Part shown: positions 1 to 9,845 of the stretch, in pieces | Layout: each line of letters opens with the position of its first letter | Numbering within the stretch: position 1 is the first letter of the stretch | From: a virus | Taxonomy: Duplodnaviria > Caudoviricetes | Length of the DNA: 64,000 nt | Virus record (IMG/VR): IMGVR_UViG_3300021255_002891 | Coordinates: 19,521-83,520 of that record | Strand: one strand, 5' to 3' | Program-made: the position numbers and the translations under genes | Notes under the pieces: model-generated | The model's database searches: none | The model's input: the letters and a program-made list of their open reading frames with translations, nothing else | Told to the model about the DNA's origin: nothing

Positions 1-382
1 TATCCCATCGTATCCACTTGATAGAATATCTCCTATATTTATCGTAAACTTGGTAATCAATTTGCGCATTTATTTCGGAATCTATTTTTTTTATTAGTTC
101 AAAATCATAGTCAGTTATGTTGTTCAGTTTCAAATAGTCTTGGAACAATTTCAACTGAAACTGTGGTTCTTGTATATTTTGTATTATTTCATTGGTGATA
201 GAAACGTCATCACCACCATCTGACTTCATTATAAACTCAGGTATAACCTTAATCCTATCCTTTGGCAGTCCATACTTTTTACTAACCTTTGCTATAATTG
301 AGTTTAACTTCTCTTTTGAGTAGTCGTATGGTGATACATTCCAATGAATGTTTACTTTTGATTTACTTCCAACTTCAATCAT
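1..382 (-). CDS. SbcC/gp46-like recombination ATPase, 5' portion only (runs off the window)
   Basis: Not in the ORF track; translated by hand from ATG 382: MIEVGSKSKVNIHW...YDKYRRYSIKWIRWD, open to position 1. The last residues resemble the first strand of SbcC/gp46, just before the usual NFLSYG motif, which lies outside the window. Confidence 0.6.
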   Translation of the reverse strand, partial: MIEVGSKSKVNIHWNVSPYDYSKEKLNSIIAKVSKKYGLPKDRIKVIPEFIMKSDGGDDVSITNEIIQNIQEPQFQLKLFQDYLKLNNITDYDFELIKKIDSEINAQIDYQVYDKYRRYSIKWIRWD

Positions 383-384
383 AT

Positions 385-744
385 TTATTTTTTCTTGATT
401 ATTTGTATTTTCCTAACAGTTATTGGTTTTGCTGTAGTTGTTTCTTCTCTTGATACACTTTTTTCTTCTGGCTCTTCAGCTATTCTTTCTTCTCCTTTTT
501 TCTGTTCTCCTTCATTTTTTGTAGGAGTGTCTTTTTTCTTTGAATTCGTACCATTTTTTTTAATGTCTTTAATACCGTTATTTTCCCTTTCGATGTTGTC
601 CTTTGGGGAAACACCAAACTTTACTATGTTAAAACCTTGCGTAGCACACCTGTTTGCAAACGCATTAATGTCTTCAATTTCATTAAGTTCACAATAAGAC
701 CTAATTGCTTTTTCTAGTGTAGGATTGATGTATAATCTAGCCAT
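385..744 (-). CDS. hypothetical protein with a charged low-complexity C-terminus
   Basis: 119-aa ORF with a consensus promoter 14 nt upstream; its stop is 2 nt from the next ATG. Confidence 0.75.
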   Translation of the reverse strand: MARLYINPTLEKAIRSYCELNEIEDINAFANRCATQGFNIVKFGVSPKDNIERENNGIKDIKKNGTNSKKKDTPTKNEGEQKKGEERIAEEPEEKSVSREETTTAKPITVRKIQIIKKK

Positions 745-758
745 TTAACATATTTTTG

Positions 759-790
759 CAAAAATATAAAAAAAATATTAAAAAAACAAA
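759..790 (-). promoter_or_regulatory. Bacteroidota sigma-A-type promoter
   Basis: TTTG (787-790), 20-nt spacer, TATTTTTG (759-766). Confidence 0.75.
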
Positions 791-846
791 TCTTTTGTTT
801 ATTAATATTATTTAATATATTATTTTTTAATAAAAAATTATATATA

Positions 847-1620
847 ATGAATAAAAATAACAATAATATTATACTAGGCTTAGATGTGTCTACTCAGTGT
901 ATAGGAATCTGTATACTCATAGATGATGGGTCTGAGTATGGAAAAATTGTGGAACTTACTCACATAAACCCTAAAGTTCCAGCCAAAATAAAGGGCATTG
1001 AACAACTGTTCCTAAAGAAAAAAATATTTGAAGAGTTCCTAGTTAAATACAAAGACTTCGGAATAGACGATGTGATTATAGAAGAGCCTCTTCTAAGGTC
1101 TAACAATGTTTTAACTGTATCAACGCTTCTAAGGTTTAACGGTATGGTTTCAGACTGCGTGTATAATATTTTAGGCATTGTTCCACAGTACATTTCGTCA
1201 TATAACGCAAGAGAGTATTCATTCCCTGAACTGATGTCCATAAGGAAATACGGAAAAGATGAAAAACAATATGAATTTTCCAAAATATATAAAGAAATCA
1301 AAGACTGTAAACTAGTTTTGTTTGGAGGATACCCTTGGACTATTGACAAGAAAACTGTAATCCAAGGAAAAGTGGCTGAAATATTCCCAGACATTGAATG
1401 GTTATATGACAAAAAGGGCGAACTTAAAAAGGAGAACTTTGACGCTTGTGATGCTTATGTAGCTGTCCTAGGATGGCTTAACAACAAACGAAACGGCGAG
1501 CTTGAGTTTAAGAGCGAAATAGTTGGTGAGACAAACGATAGGAATGGCAATATAGAAATCATATATAACGTTAAATATTGGAATAAGATAGTTGAAAGAA
1601 AAACTTTTGTAAATAAATGA
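847..1620 (+). CDS. RuvC-like Holliday junction resolvase
   Basis: N-terminal IILGLDVST, DVIIEEP and C-terminal DACDA acidic motifs of the RNase H/RuvC fold. Confidence 0.75.
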   Translation: MNKNNNNIILGLDVSTQCIGICILIDDGSEYGKIVELTHINPKVPAKIKGIEQLFLKKKIFEEFLVKYKDFGIDDVIIEEPLLRSNNVLTVSTLLRFNGMVSDCVYNILGIVPQYISSYNAREYSFPELMSIRKYGKDEKQYEFSKIYKEIKDCKLVLFGGYPWTIDKKTVIQGKVAEIFPDIEWLYDKKGELKKENFDACDAYVAVLGWLNNKRNGELEFKSEIVGETNDRNGNIEIIYNVKYWNKIVERKTFVNK

Positions 1621-2777
1621 AAACATATATAAGTTTATTTAGTAGTGCTGGAGTTGGTTGCTATGGTTTTAAACTTAATGGCTTTGAATGCATAGCAACC
1701 AATGAACTTTTAGAATCTAGAATGAATGTTCAAAAAGCCAACAATAAATGTAAGTATCAATCTGGCTACATTCTTGGAGACATAACAACTGAAGAAATAC
1801 ATAAAAAATTATTAGATGAAATCAATATGTGGAAAGAAAAAGAAAACTTAACACAAGTTGATGTAGTATTTGCGACACCTCCTTGTCAAGGAATGTCTAC
1901 AGCTAATTATAAAAAAACTGATGATGAGCAAATACGAAACTCTTTGGTAGTACAAGCAATTAAGCTTATCTCACAAATCAAACCAAAGATTTTTATTTTT
2001 GAGAATGTCCGTGCTTTTATGAAAACCATATGTACGGATACTGATGGAACTGATAAACCTATAAGTGATAGCATCTTTAGCAATCTTGGAGAAAAATATA
2101 ATATTTATTATAAAGTTATTAATTTCAAAGATTATGGAGTGCCATCAAGTAGACCAAGGACAATTGTAATTGGAACAAGCAAAGAACTGAAAAATGTAAC
2201 GCCAGAAATGTTGTTCCCTTCAAAACAAAAAGAAATAACGCTTAAAGAAGCAATTGGCGATTTACCGCATTTGGAATATTGTCAAAAAGATGCACAAGAT
2301 TTTCTACATTTTGCAAGACCTTTTCCAAAGGAGCAATTAGATTGGATAAAACATCTTAAAGAAGGTCAAAGCGCTTTTGACCAACCCATTGAACATCAAC
2401 CTGGCCATTATGATAAAGATGGAAAGAAAGTTGTCAACAAGGGTGCATACATGGGCAATAAGTATCGCAGACTTGTGTGGGATAAAGTATGTTCTTGTAT
2501 TCATACAAGAAATGATGTGCTATCTAGCCAAGACACAATACACCCTACGGACAATAGGGTATTAAGCATTAGAGAACTCATGAGAGTTATGACAATTCCA
2601 CTATCTTTTCAGTGGACTGACCACGATGCAAGCGTTACAGCAGAAAATTCTGATAAATATTTGAAAGAAAATGAATTAAACATTAGAAAATGTATCGGAG
2701 AAGCAGTACCAACACAAATAATAATAGATATTTCAAATAAAATCAATAAAGTTTTATTAGACTCAATAAACAAATAA
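1617..2777 (+). CDS. dcm: DNA (cytosine-5) methyltransferase
   Basis: Motif I SLFSSAG, catalytic PPCQG, ENV, RPR, HP..R.LSIRE and motif X IGEAVP; ATGA overlap with the resolvase. Confidence 0.93.
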   Translation: MKTYISLFSSAGVGCYGFKLNGFECIATNELLESRMNVQKANNKCKYQSGYILGDITTEEIHKKLLDEINMWKEKENLTQVDVVFATPPCQGMSTANYKKTDDEQIRNSLVVQAIKLISQIKPKIFIFENVRAFMKTICTDTDGTDKPISDSIFSNLGEKYNIYYKVINFKDYGVPSSRPRTIVIGTSKELKNVTPEMLFPSKQKEITLKEAIGDLPHLEYCQKDAQDFLHFARPFPKEQLDWIKHLKEGQSAFDQPIEHQPGHYDKDGKKVVNKGAYMGNKYRRLVWDKVCSCIHTRNDVLSSQDTIHPTDNRVLSIRELMRVMTIPLSFQWTDHDASVTAENSDKYLKENELNIRKCIGEAVPTQIIIDISNKINKVLLDSINK

Positions 2778-2847
2778 AGTAATCATTGTTAAAAAAAAAT
2801 GGCATATATACTGAGCATTCATCATCTATTGTTTTATTGATAAAATC

Positions 2848-2883
2848 AAAAAAGGATGAACTTCAATTAGTTCATCCTTTTTT
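2848..2883. terminator. bidirectional intrinsic terminator
   Basis: AAAAAA-GGATGAAC-ttcaatta-GTTCATCC-TTTTTT between convergent genes. Confidence 0.85.
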
Positions 2884-2966
2884 ATGTGTAAATACACAGC
2901 CAAAGTATTGAGACTTGTATATGTATTGGTCTATATATTCAACCCTAACGTCTTAAATGACTTTTT

Positions 2967-4481
2967 TCATAACAATCTCATTTTTAAAGAATCCTTTACA
3001 ATATTTCTGCGTCTTTCTCTGATTTTATCTATAACTTTACTTTTTGTTTTTGTATTTTCGTTACTAACATTAGGCTTAATGTTATTGTTTGGCGTAGTAG
3101 AATTAATTCTACGAGAATGTGCGCCATTCCATAAGAAAAACTCAGATTTACATATTGTTTTACTCATATATGTTACTTTAACATCTTGATTTTTCCATAA
3201 AACATAATTAAATGACAACTGGTCTCTATGTGACCCATTCTTTAGTTCTTCAAACCAATCCTCCATTAACTTAATGCAATCAGCCTCATTGTGTTTTCTT
3301 AAAAGAATATTGCTTTGTAACAAACCATATTTCTTAGGAAACCCTTCATTTTTATATTTTTCGATTTGTGGGTTTACATTTTCAGCATTATCCTTTTTCA
3401 TTCTTATAACAATAGTGGCCTCATCGTATATGCAATCTCTACTTGGATGCTTGGGAACATATATCGAACAATCTGACTTAATATTTTGGTCAATAAACTT
3501 GTTTAAATCTCCTTTAATAGAAACACAGCCATCAACCCATATTGATAAATCATATTCACTAAGAACTTTGTGAGGGTTTATTTTAACATATCTTTGTTTT
3601 TTTACTTGAGATAAACCTTCAACTTCTTTTGGTAATGGTTTAATAATCCACACATTACTTTTAAAATTAGTATTGTCTGTAAAACAAATATAATCAAATC
3701 CATCACTTATATAAGTAGGTTCTCTTAAAAAGTCGTAATCTCCAGTTATGCAAGTATAAATTACTTTTTTGTTTTTCTCATTTGACCATAATTTTTTATT
3801 CAAAGAAAGCCATTCTTTATCAGTAACTTTCATTTTTTCACCAATTTTATTCCATGAACCGTGTCCATAATGCACTACATAATCATTAAAATTTATTTCT
3901 TCGTGTTTGTATTTTAAAGATTGAATGTAAAATGCGCCACCAGTATCATATCTATCTGCAACTCCATTTTTCCATAACCCATGCATATAGTTGTCATCAA
4001 AATAGTGTACTCCTTTTTCCTTACACATTTTCACATTGATGTAACATATGAATGGTAATACTCTCTTTATGGAAGATTTTGGTTGAGTTATGACATTACC
4101 AATATACATAAGGTCATCCCTGTATAAATTGGATATATCTCTCTTTAATAATACATCAGAATCCAATAAAACAAAATTTTCTTTAATAAGTTCCATACAT
4201 TTTTCTACACTGTAGCAATGCTTGGCACTTCCCCAAAGATTTGCTTTTCCAGGAGACTTCATCCTATTTGGATATTTCTCTAACCACTTATCAAAATCAA
4301 TTATCTGGCCTTTTGTATTATCAAAAACAGTAACATTGTCAAAGTGCGCAATAAATGGATTCTTATCACTATTGTCAAATATATATATTACTGCATCTTT
4401 GACAAACAAATTAATACTCCTCACCAAGCACTCAGTAAGGTAAGGAGTATTGTAGTGTATTATTAGGATATTTTTTTTCAT
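2967..4481 (-). CDS. two-domain glycosyltransferase (GT-A/GT2-like plus DUF616-like)
   Basis: N-domain ILIIHYN...DNSD...LDSD (DxD); C-domain VIYTCITGDYD, FTD, SIWVDG, HPSRDCIYDEA, RDQLSFNY. Confidence 0.8.
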   Translation of the reverse strand: MKKNILIIHYNTPYLTECLVRSINLFVKDAVIYIFDNSDKNPFIAHFDNVTVFDNTKGQIIDFDKWLEKYPNRMKSPGKANLWGSAKHCYSVEKCMELIKENFVLLDSDVLLKRDISNLYRDDLMYIGNVITQPKSSIKRVLPFICYINVKMCKEKGVHYFDDNYMHGLWKNGVADRYDTGGAFYIQSLKYKHEEINFNDYVVHYGHGSWNKIGEKMKVTDKEWLSLNKKLWSNEKNKKVIYTCITGDYDFLREPTYISDGFDYICFTDNTNFKSNVWIIKPLPKEVEGLSQVKKQRYVKINPHKVLSEYDLSIWVDGCVSIKGDLNKFIDQNIKSDCSIYVPKHPSRDCIYDEATIVIRMKKDNAENVNPQIEKYKNEGFPKKYGLLQSNILLRKHNEADCIKLMEDWFEELKNGSHRDQLSFNYVLWKNQDVKVTYMSKTICKSEFFLWNGAHSRRINSTTPNNNIKPNVSNENTKTKSKVIDKIRERRRNIVKDSLKMRLL

Positions 4482-4493
4482 AATATTAACCTT

Positions 4494-4670
4494 TTATTGA
4501 AACGCCATTTGTATCTTTTTTATAATCCAAAGAGGGATAACACAAATCCAAGATAAACTAATCATTACTTTTTCCCACATAGGGTGTTTCCATTTGCTTA
4601 CAATAAACTTATAAGTCATAAATGAAATAATTAAATATAATAAAATAATAATACCGATTAACATGTTCAT
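4494..4670 (-). CDS. small membrane protein (58 aa)
   Basis: Translated by hand: MNMLIGIIILLYLIISFMTYKFIVSKWKHPMWEKVMISLSWICVIPLWIIKKIQMAFQ. It fills the gap exactly and has two hydrophobic segments. Confidence 0.6.
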   Translation of the reverse strand: MNMLIGIIILLYLIISFMTYKFIVSKWKHPMWEKVMISLSWICVIPLWIIKKIQMAFQ

Positions 4671-4689
4671 TTAATTTTTATTTTTGTTA

Positions 4690-5967
4690 TTAACTATTTG
4701 CCCAATTACTATTATCGTCTGGGTCTATACCTTGTCTTAAAAGATGCTTTTTAGTAACAATTTTATATTGTTTAGGGTCTAAATCATAATCAATCAAATC
4801 TACAATAAAATAATCCTTTTTAAATTGTCTTAACTCTTCTGGGTCATATCCCTCATAATCCCATCCGTTAACTATCTTATTGGTTGACTTATTTACTGCA
4901 AAATGAGAATAATTTTGATTATTCCTAAAACTTTCAGTCATAATTTTTCTAACTGCATTTTTTACTATTGCATGTAAATCAGACTCAGTAAGTCTAACTA
5001 ATTTTTTATTGTTTCTATTTACAGATTCACCGTATATATCATAATATTTTTGTCTATCTACATGGGTAATTGGATAATTTTCATTATCTCCATCTAACGG
5101 ATTAAAATTTTTATCATATTTTTTATTAGCAAGCTTTAGGAATACATTAGGATTAATAGGTATTGAATTACTTCCACTTCCTATATGGTCTGTGAGCCTA
5201 TCATTAATGGCAAACTTCTTAACTCCGTCAATTGTGCAACTAACCCATAGTATTCTTTCATACATTAGTTTTAAAACACTAAAGTTCAAGTTTTTAAGGT
5301 CTTGAATATATTTTTTGATTTCGTTTTCTTGTACACCAAGTTCTCTTAATGCCTTAACGCCATCTGGGTCACTCTTTGATACAAGACTAGCAACGGCATT
5401 TTTATTAAGCCCGCCATAAAGTTTACCATCTTTAACCATAAAATATGAAGTGTCATACTTGTCCGTTGTAGCACCATTTTGGTGGGTATATAATCTTCCC
5501 ATAGTATTATCAGTTGCGCCTACAGAAACATTTCCACTTCCAAAATTTTGTTTTTTGTCATATTTCTCATCACGAGTACCTAGTTCAGCTCCATAAGGTT
5601 TCAATAAATTGTTTACACTATCTTTGTATTTTCCATAAGCCTTTCCATAGTTGTCTTCGGTCTGCCAATGAAAAGTAATGACTGAACGCTTTATGATACC
5701 AACTGGTAACTTATTTTTCCTATCAGCACCACCTTGATGAAATTTTTTCAACACATCATAGCCTCTAGTACTCTTTCTTTGGTACTGTTCAATATCGTTA
5801 CCAAATTTATCAATATCAATGTTCTTTCCAGTCAAAGTTTTGCCTATATTTGCTGAACTTATGTAACACAAAGTTAAATAAGTGCCACCTTTTGCAGTAG
5901 ACAAAGCATCAATTATACTGTTAAAACTTACCCTTTGTCTTCTCTCTTTTCCACCTTCTCCTATCAT
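4690..5967 (-). CDS. hypothetical protein with an internal RLTESDLH motif
   Basis: 425-aa ORF containing KKLVRLTESDLHAIVKNAVRKIMTES. Confidence 0.8.
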   Translation of the reverse strand: MIGEGGKERRQRVSFNSIIDALSTAKGGTYLTLCYISSANIGKTLTGKNIDIDKFGNDIEQYQRKSTRGYDVLKKFHQGGADRKNKLPVGIIKRSVITFHWQTEDNYGKAYGKYKDSVNNLLKPYGAELGTRDEKYDKKQNFGSGNVSVGATDNTMGRLYTHQNGATTDKYDTSYFMVKDGKLYGGLNKNAVASLVSKSDPDGVKALRELGVQENEIKKYIQDLKNLNFSVLKLMYERILWVSCTIDGVKKFAINDRLTDHIGSGSNSIPINPNVFLKLANKKYDKNFNPLDGDNENYPITHVDRQKYYDIYGESVNRNNKKLVRLTESDLHAIVKNAVRKIMTESFRNNQNYSHFAVNKSTNKIVNGWDYEGYDPEELRQFKKDYFIVDLIDYDLDPKQYKIVTKKHLLRQGIDPDDNSNWANS

Positions 5968-5971
5968 AGTA

Positions 5972-6244
5972 TTAATAGTTTTTTAGCCAATAAGCATTCT
6001 GAAGATTTTCATCAAACTCATCGTTATTTGTACGATATAGTTCTGCTGCCGTTGTTGCGCTAGCTGAATCTATATTGTCTTGACTGTTGTACTCTTTGTC
6101 ACCGAACACACTGCTCACTTGAGTAATGTCATAGTAAGCACCGATGGCATAATGACCATTTGCACCGAAAACAACAGAGTCTTCATCCAAATGCATTGCC
6201 ATTGCATTCAATATATCACTGTCTTTATATGCTTTAGTATCCAT
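5972..6244 (-). CDS. hypothetical acidic protein
   Basis: 90-aa ORF tightly packed with its neighbours. Confidence 0.65.
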   Translation of the reverse strand: MDTKAYKDSDILNAMAMHLDEDSVVFGANGHYAIGAYYDITQVSSVFGDKEYNSQDNIDSASATTAAELYRTNNDEFDENLQNAYWLKNY

Positions 6245-6265
6245 AGTTTTTTTAGATTTATTTTT

Positions 6266-6625
6266 TTATGTACCTACTTTCCTAATTTTTCCGTCTCTAT
6301 TATAGTAGAATATTTCACCATTATCCAAAATGATATTAGGCCATCTTTTTGTATAGCCATTATAATTAGCTTGCATTGCCCTCACCCACATTCCACCATC
6401 TAAAACTTTTTTTTCTAATGGTGATAAACGGTCTTGGTTATCATATAGGTCTTGCATTTCTTTTTCAGAATAGATGTGCTTTTGTGGCTTTTTATCTACA
6501 AGTTCATTCGGCTTTTTACTTTTCTTGCCAAAAAGCCATCCTTCATTAGCCAATATTCTATGTACGGATTCCTTCACAATACTATGCAAATCACTTTCCG
6601 TAAGTCTTATAATCTTTTTTGACAT
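6266..6625 (-). CDS. hypothetical protein with an N-terminal RLTESDLH leader
   Basis: Begins MSKKIIRLTESDLHSIVKESVHRILANEG; TATTTATA lies upstream. Confidence 0.8.
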   Translation of the reverse strand: MSKKIIRLTESDLHSIVKESVHRILANEGWLFGKKSKKPNELVDKKPQKHIYSEKEMQDLYDNQDRLSPLEKKVLDGGMWVRAMQANYNGYTKRWPNIILDNGEIFYYNRDGKIRKVGT

Positions 6626-6662
6626 AATAAAAAAAGTAATTTATTATAAATATCTTTTAACA

Positions 6663-6694
6663 TTTGTTTTTCTCATTTTTTTAACATATCTTTG
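6663..6694 (+). promoter_or_regulatory. Bacteroidota sigma-A-type promoter (primase)
   Basis: TTTG (6663-6666), 20 nt, TATCTTTG (6687-6694); ATG follows 4 nt later. Confidence 0.75.
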
Positions 6695-6698
6695 CAAT

Positions 6699-7736
6699 AT
6701 GAAACAAGAACTTGAAAAGTTATACAACATATTAACAGTTTTCCTAGGAGAGGCAAAGAATGGGTTTGATGAAAACACCTACCAATACCAATTCCCTTGC
6801 CCTAAGTGCATTGATAGGGATGGTATTATGGAAGCTAGGAAATACAACCTAGAGGTCAACATTCAGAAGCAAGTCTTCCAATGTTGGAAATGCTCATCAA
6901 TGGAAGATGACATGAAAGGTTCTATCACGAAACTAATCAGAATGTACGGAAATGAAAAGCTTCTTTCAGAATACAAGGAAATCATACGTTCAATTAGGGA
7001 AAGCGAATTGTACAAGCTCCATTTCAGTGATAGTGACTTCAATATAGACACTTCCATAATAGAAAAGGAAGACTTGAAATTTCCACCAAGCTTCAAACTG
7101 TTCAAAAAAGACGGCAAAAACAACTATGGTGCATTGAAATACCTTCAAAACAGAGGAATCGATTGGAACATCATAGAACAATACAAAATAGGCTTTACCG
7201 AAAGGGAAGAAGATGATAAGATGAGAAAGTATTCATATAGGGTCATTATACCGTCATATAACGCCCTAGGAGAGCTTAATTATTGGGTGGGTAGGGATTA
7301 CCTACCTACGTCAGATAAATTCGCTCTGAGGACAAAATATGCGAATCCTCAAGTAAAGAAAACTGAAATCATATTCAATGAAGAGAAGATTAATTGGGAT
7401 GCCGACATCACATTGGTTGAAGGTGCTTTCGACCATATTGTAGTTCCAAATTCAATTGCGTTGTTGGGTAAGGCACTAGACAAGGATTATAAGTTATATT
7501 GGGAATTAATTACTAAAGCTAATGCAAACGTGAATATATTTTTAGATAATGATATTAAAGATAATGGAAAAGAAATATATGCATTATTAAATCATGGTAG
7601 ACTATATAATAAAATCAGATATATATATTCAGATTTAGGGAAAGACCCAAGTGAAATTTATCAAGAATATGGCTACAAGGGAATAATCAAATGCTTACGA
7701 AATGCTAAACAAATTGAAGAGGTTTATTTACAATAA
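6699..7736 (+). CDS. DNA primase (T4 gp61/DnaG-like)
   Basis: Zn finger CPKC...CWKC, YWVGR, TOPRIM LVEGAFD and FLDND. Start moved to MKQELEK downstream of the promoter. Confidence 0.88.
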   Translation: MKQELEKLYNILTVFLGEAKNGFDENTYQYQFPCPKCIDRDGIMEARKYNLEVNIQKQVFQCWKCSSMEDDMKGSITKLIRMYGNEKLLSEYKEIIRSIRESELYKLHFSDSDFNIDTSIIEKEDLKFPPSFKLFKKDGKNNYGALKYLQNRGIDWNIIEQYKIGFTEREEDDKMRKYSYRVIIPSYNALGELNYWVGRDYLPTSDKFALRTKYANPQVKKTEIIFNEEKINWDADITLVEGAFDHIVVPNSIALLGKALDKDYKLYWELITKANANVNIFLDNDIKDNGKEIYALLNHGRLYNKIRYIYSDLGKDPSEIYQEYGYKGIIKCLRNAKQIEEVYLQ

Positions 7737-7755
7737 CATACTAAAGGAGTATCCA

Positions 7756-8172
7756 TTAATTTGGATGCTCCTTTGTCAAGTATTCTCTAAAATTATTCAC
7801 TCTATGCTCAAACATTTCGTCTGTTATCATTATATCTTCTTTGCCTTCCATTTCAGCTTCTCTAAATAAGTTATCAATGTCTTCATCTGTGACAAATTTT
7901 CTATTTAACTTGTCACAAATCCTTAGCATACATATACCACCACCATAAGAGTATCTTCCCTCAAACCTTGTTATTGTTATGTCATCTTCTGATAATGGAT
8001 TTTCTTCATCTTGATAAAAACGTAAAACGCCAACAGCACTATCATATTCACTATCTTCAACCATAAATGAATATGCTGACTCTTTTACATCCTCCATGTT
8101 AATGACTTTAAATCCGTTTTCTCTAAGTTCCCTAATCTTTATTGGGATGTTTAAAACATATGTTACACTCAT
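7756..8172 (-). CDS. hypothetical protein
   Basis: 138-aa ORF with protein-like composition. Confidence 0.7.
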   Translation of the reverse strand: MSVTYVLNIPIKIRELRENGFKVINMEDVKESAYSFMVEDSEYDSAVGVLRFYQDEENPLSEDDITITRFEGRYSYGGGICMLRICDKLNRKFVTDEDIDNLFREAEMEGKEDIMITDEMFEHRVNNFREYLTKEHPN

Positions 8173-8305
8173 ATTTTGTTTCTTTTAAAAAAATTATTTT
8201 ATCTAGTAAAATGTTCTAATAACACTGACCTTTAAAATATAAAAATTATATTATAAAAACCAAGCATAAAACCATATTTTATTATAAACATACTTTAAAA
8301 ATAAA

Positions 8306-8333
8306 AAAATGCAGCCATTTCTGACTGCATTTT
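8306..8333 (-). terminator. intrinsic terminator
   Basis: Minus-strand RNA AUGCAGUC-AGAAAU-GGCUGCAU followed by a U-tract. Confidence 0.7.
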
Positions 8334-8359
8334 ATAAATTATTTGTGCCAACTGCGATG

Positions 8360-8740
8360 TTATTGCCTTAAATAATTTCCATATTTCTCACATTTCATTT
8401 TCAAATCCTCAAAATATTTCATTGCCTCTTCATTGGTACTGAATTTTGCATATACATTGCTATCTGCATTATTGCAGCATACATCAACCCTTGCCTTGTA
8501 ATATAATTTATAACCTATTGGAACAACATAGTCATCCTCCCAAAAATGACATAGATTTAAAAAGGCGTTTTTTACTGTCGTAAAACGGCACAAGCGACAA
8601 GGGTTCTCATTCTTATATAAGTTATGCCTAGCACGAAGTGGGATGAGTGGGATAAGTCCGAACAATTTCCAATAATAAAGTTTACCTTTTGGAACTGCCA
8701 ACTCAATTCCGCCAATTTCCTTCAATGGAGTAAACTTCAT
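8360..8740 (-). CDS. hypothetical protein (may extend to ATG 8825 via a frameshift)
   Basis: 126-aa ORF whose frame stays open upstream to 8797. Confidence 0.65.
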   Translation of the reverse strand: MKFTPLKEIGGIELAVPKGKLYYWKLFGLIPLIPLRARHNLYKNENPCRLCRFTTVKNAFLNLCHFWEDDYVVPIGYKLYYKARVDVCCNNADSNVYAKFSTNEEAMKYFEDLKMKCEKYGNYLRQ

Positions 8741-8904
8741 GTTCTTAACACTCTCATAAAATACTTTTCCCTCAACCTTAATTGGCTGATAAGTTTTTTA
8801 CGCTAATTGACTGATAATTTTTCATATTATTTTATTTTTTTATTAATGTATAAATGCACAAAAATAAGCTTTACTATTAACATTGGTCACCCATTTCATT
8901 TTAC

Positions 8905-9168
8905 TTATGCTCCTGGTGCAAATCTATAGTCATTGTCTTCATACCAATCACCTGGTCCAAGCTCATTAGACTGTGAAATATTATGACTACAAGAGTGCTC
9001 AGAGGTTTTATGCCCAAGTTCATCCATTGGAATTCCAAGTTCATCCATAAGTCCCTCAGTTGTTTTTCTTGCTGCGTTAGCAAGTGCTTCTACCATACAT
9101 TGAAAAACACAACATTTTTTGCTTGGTATAAAAGCATTTGTCAAACCAAATAATTTACCTGTAATCAT
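8905..9168 (-). CDS. hypothetical protein
   Basis: 87-aa ORF within the small-gene block. Confidence 0.55.
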   Translation of the reverse strand: MITGKLFGLTNAFIPSKKCCVFQCMVEALANAARKTTEGLMDELGIPMDELGHKTSEHSCSHNISQSNELGPGDWYEDNDYRFAPGA

Positions 9169-9197
9169 ATTTATCTATATTATGTTATTGCCTTTAT

Positions 9198-9812
9198 TTA
9201 TACTTCGTAGCCTTTTAATTTTAACATAAATTCTTCTACTGCTGTACTCAACTCATATATAGATAATGAATTGAATTTTTTGTGCGAGTCATAATCTTCA
9301 CTTAGCACAAAATAATGCCTATTTTTTATATCTAAAATTATATTGAACAATAAATCAATGTCTGTAACACTTTCCAAATTTAACGTGCAACCATTCGTTA
9401 ATATTAATTTATGACAATTCAATCTTGACCAAGTTAAGCTATTAGAGTGCTTTATTTGATGCGCATTTGCAATAAATTGCTTTGGCTTTTCGCCAAACCC
9501 AACTTTTTTAAATATTTCTTGTATATATTCTACCATTTCTTCTGCATATGTAGAAATCAAGTAATCTGCTTTCAAAGTTAATAATTTTTTATACTTTTCG
9601 GCATCTTCCTCATTGTTAAAAACGTCACAAACTCTGCAAAACGGCCTCGTTCTGTCAGCACACTCAATATCGCACTTTGTAAATGAATTGAGACTTGACT
9701 GTCTTACTGTAACGTTTTCATACTCATCAACTAACACTTTTGGCTTGCGATAAACATCCATAGAAAGATGAACATACCACACTTTTTCATACTTTTCATT
9801 AAAACGTACCAT
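9198..9812 (-). CDS. hypothetical protein
   Basis: 204-aa ORF with an A-rich leader. Confidence 0.75.
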   Translation of the reverse strand: MVRFNEKYEKVWYVHLSMDVYRKPKVLVDEYENVTVRQSSLNSFTKCDIECADRTRPFCRVCDVFNNEEDAEKYKKLLTLKADYLISTYAEEMVEYIQEIFKKVGFGEKPKQFIANAHQIKHSNSLTWSRLNCHKLILTNGCTLNLESVTDIDLLFNIILDIKNRHYFVLSEDYDSHKKFNSLSIYELSTAVEEFMLKLKGYEV

Positions 9813-9845
9813 AATTTTTATATTTATAATTAAATTTTTTATCTA

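Noticed and set aside
751-766. Perfect palindrome TATTTTTGCAAAAATA as an operator or divergent promoter
   Set aside because: It is explained by the -7 box of the minus-strand promoter plus AT-rich flanks; no matching -33 element was found for the plus strand.
2780-2847. Tiny ORF (MAYILSIHHLLFY) after dcm
   Set aside because: Only 13 codons with no support; likely 3' UTR before the terminator.
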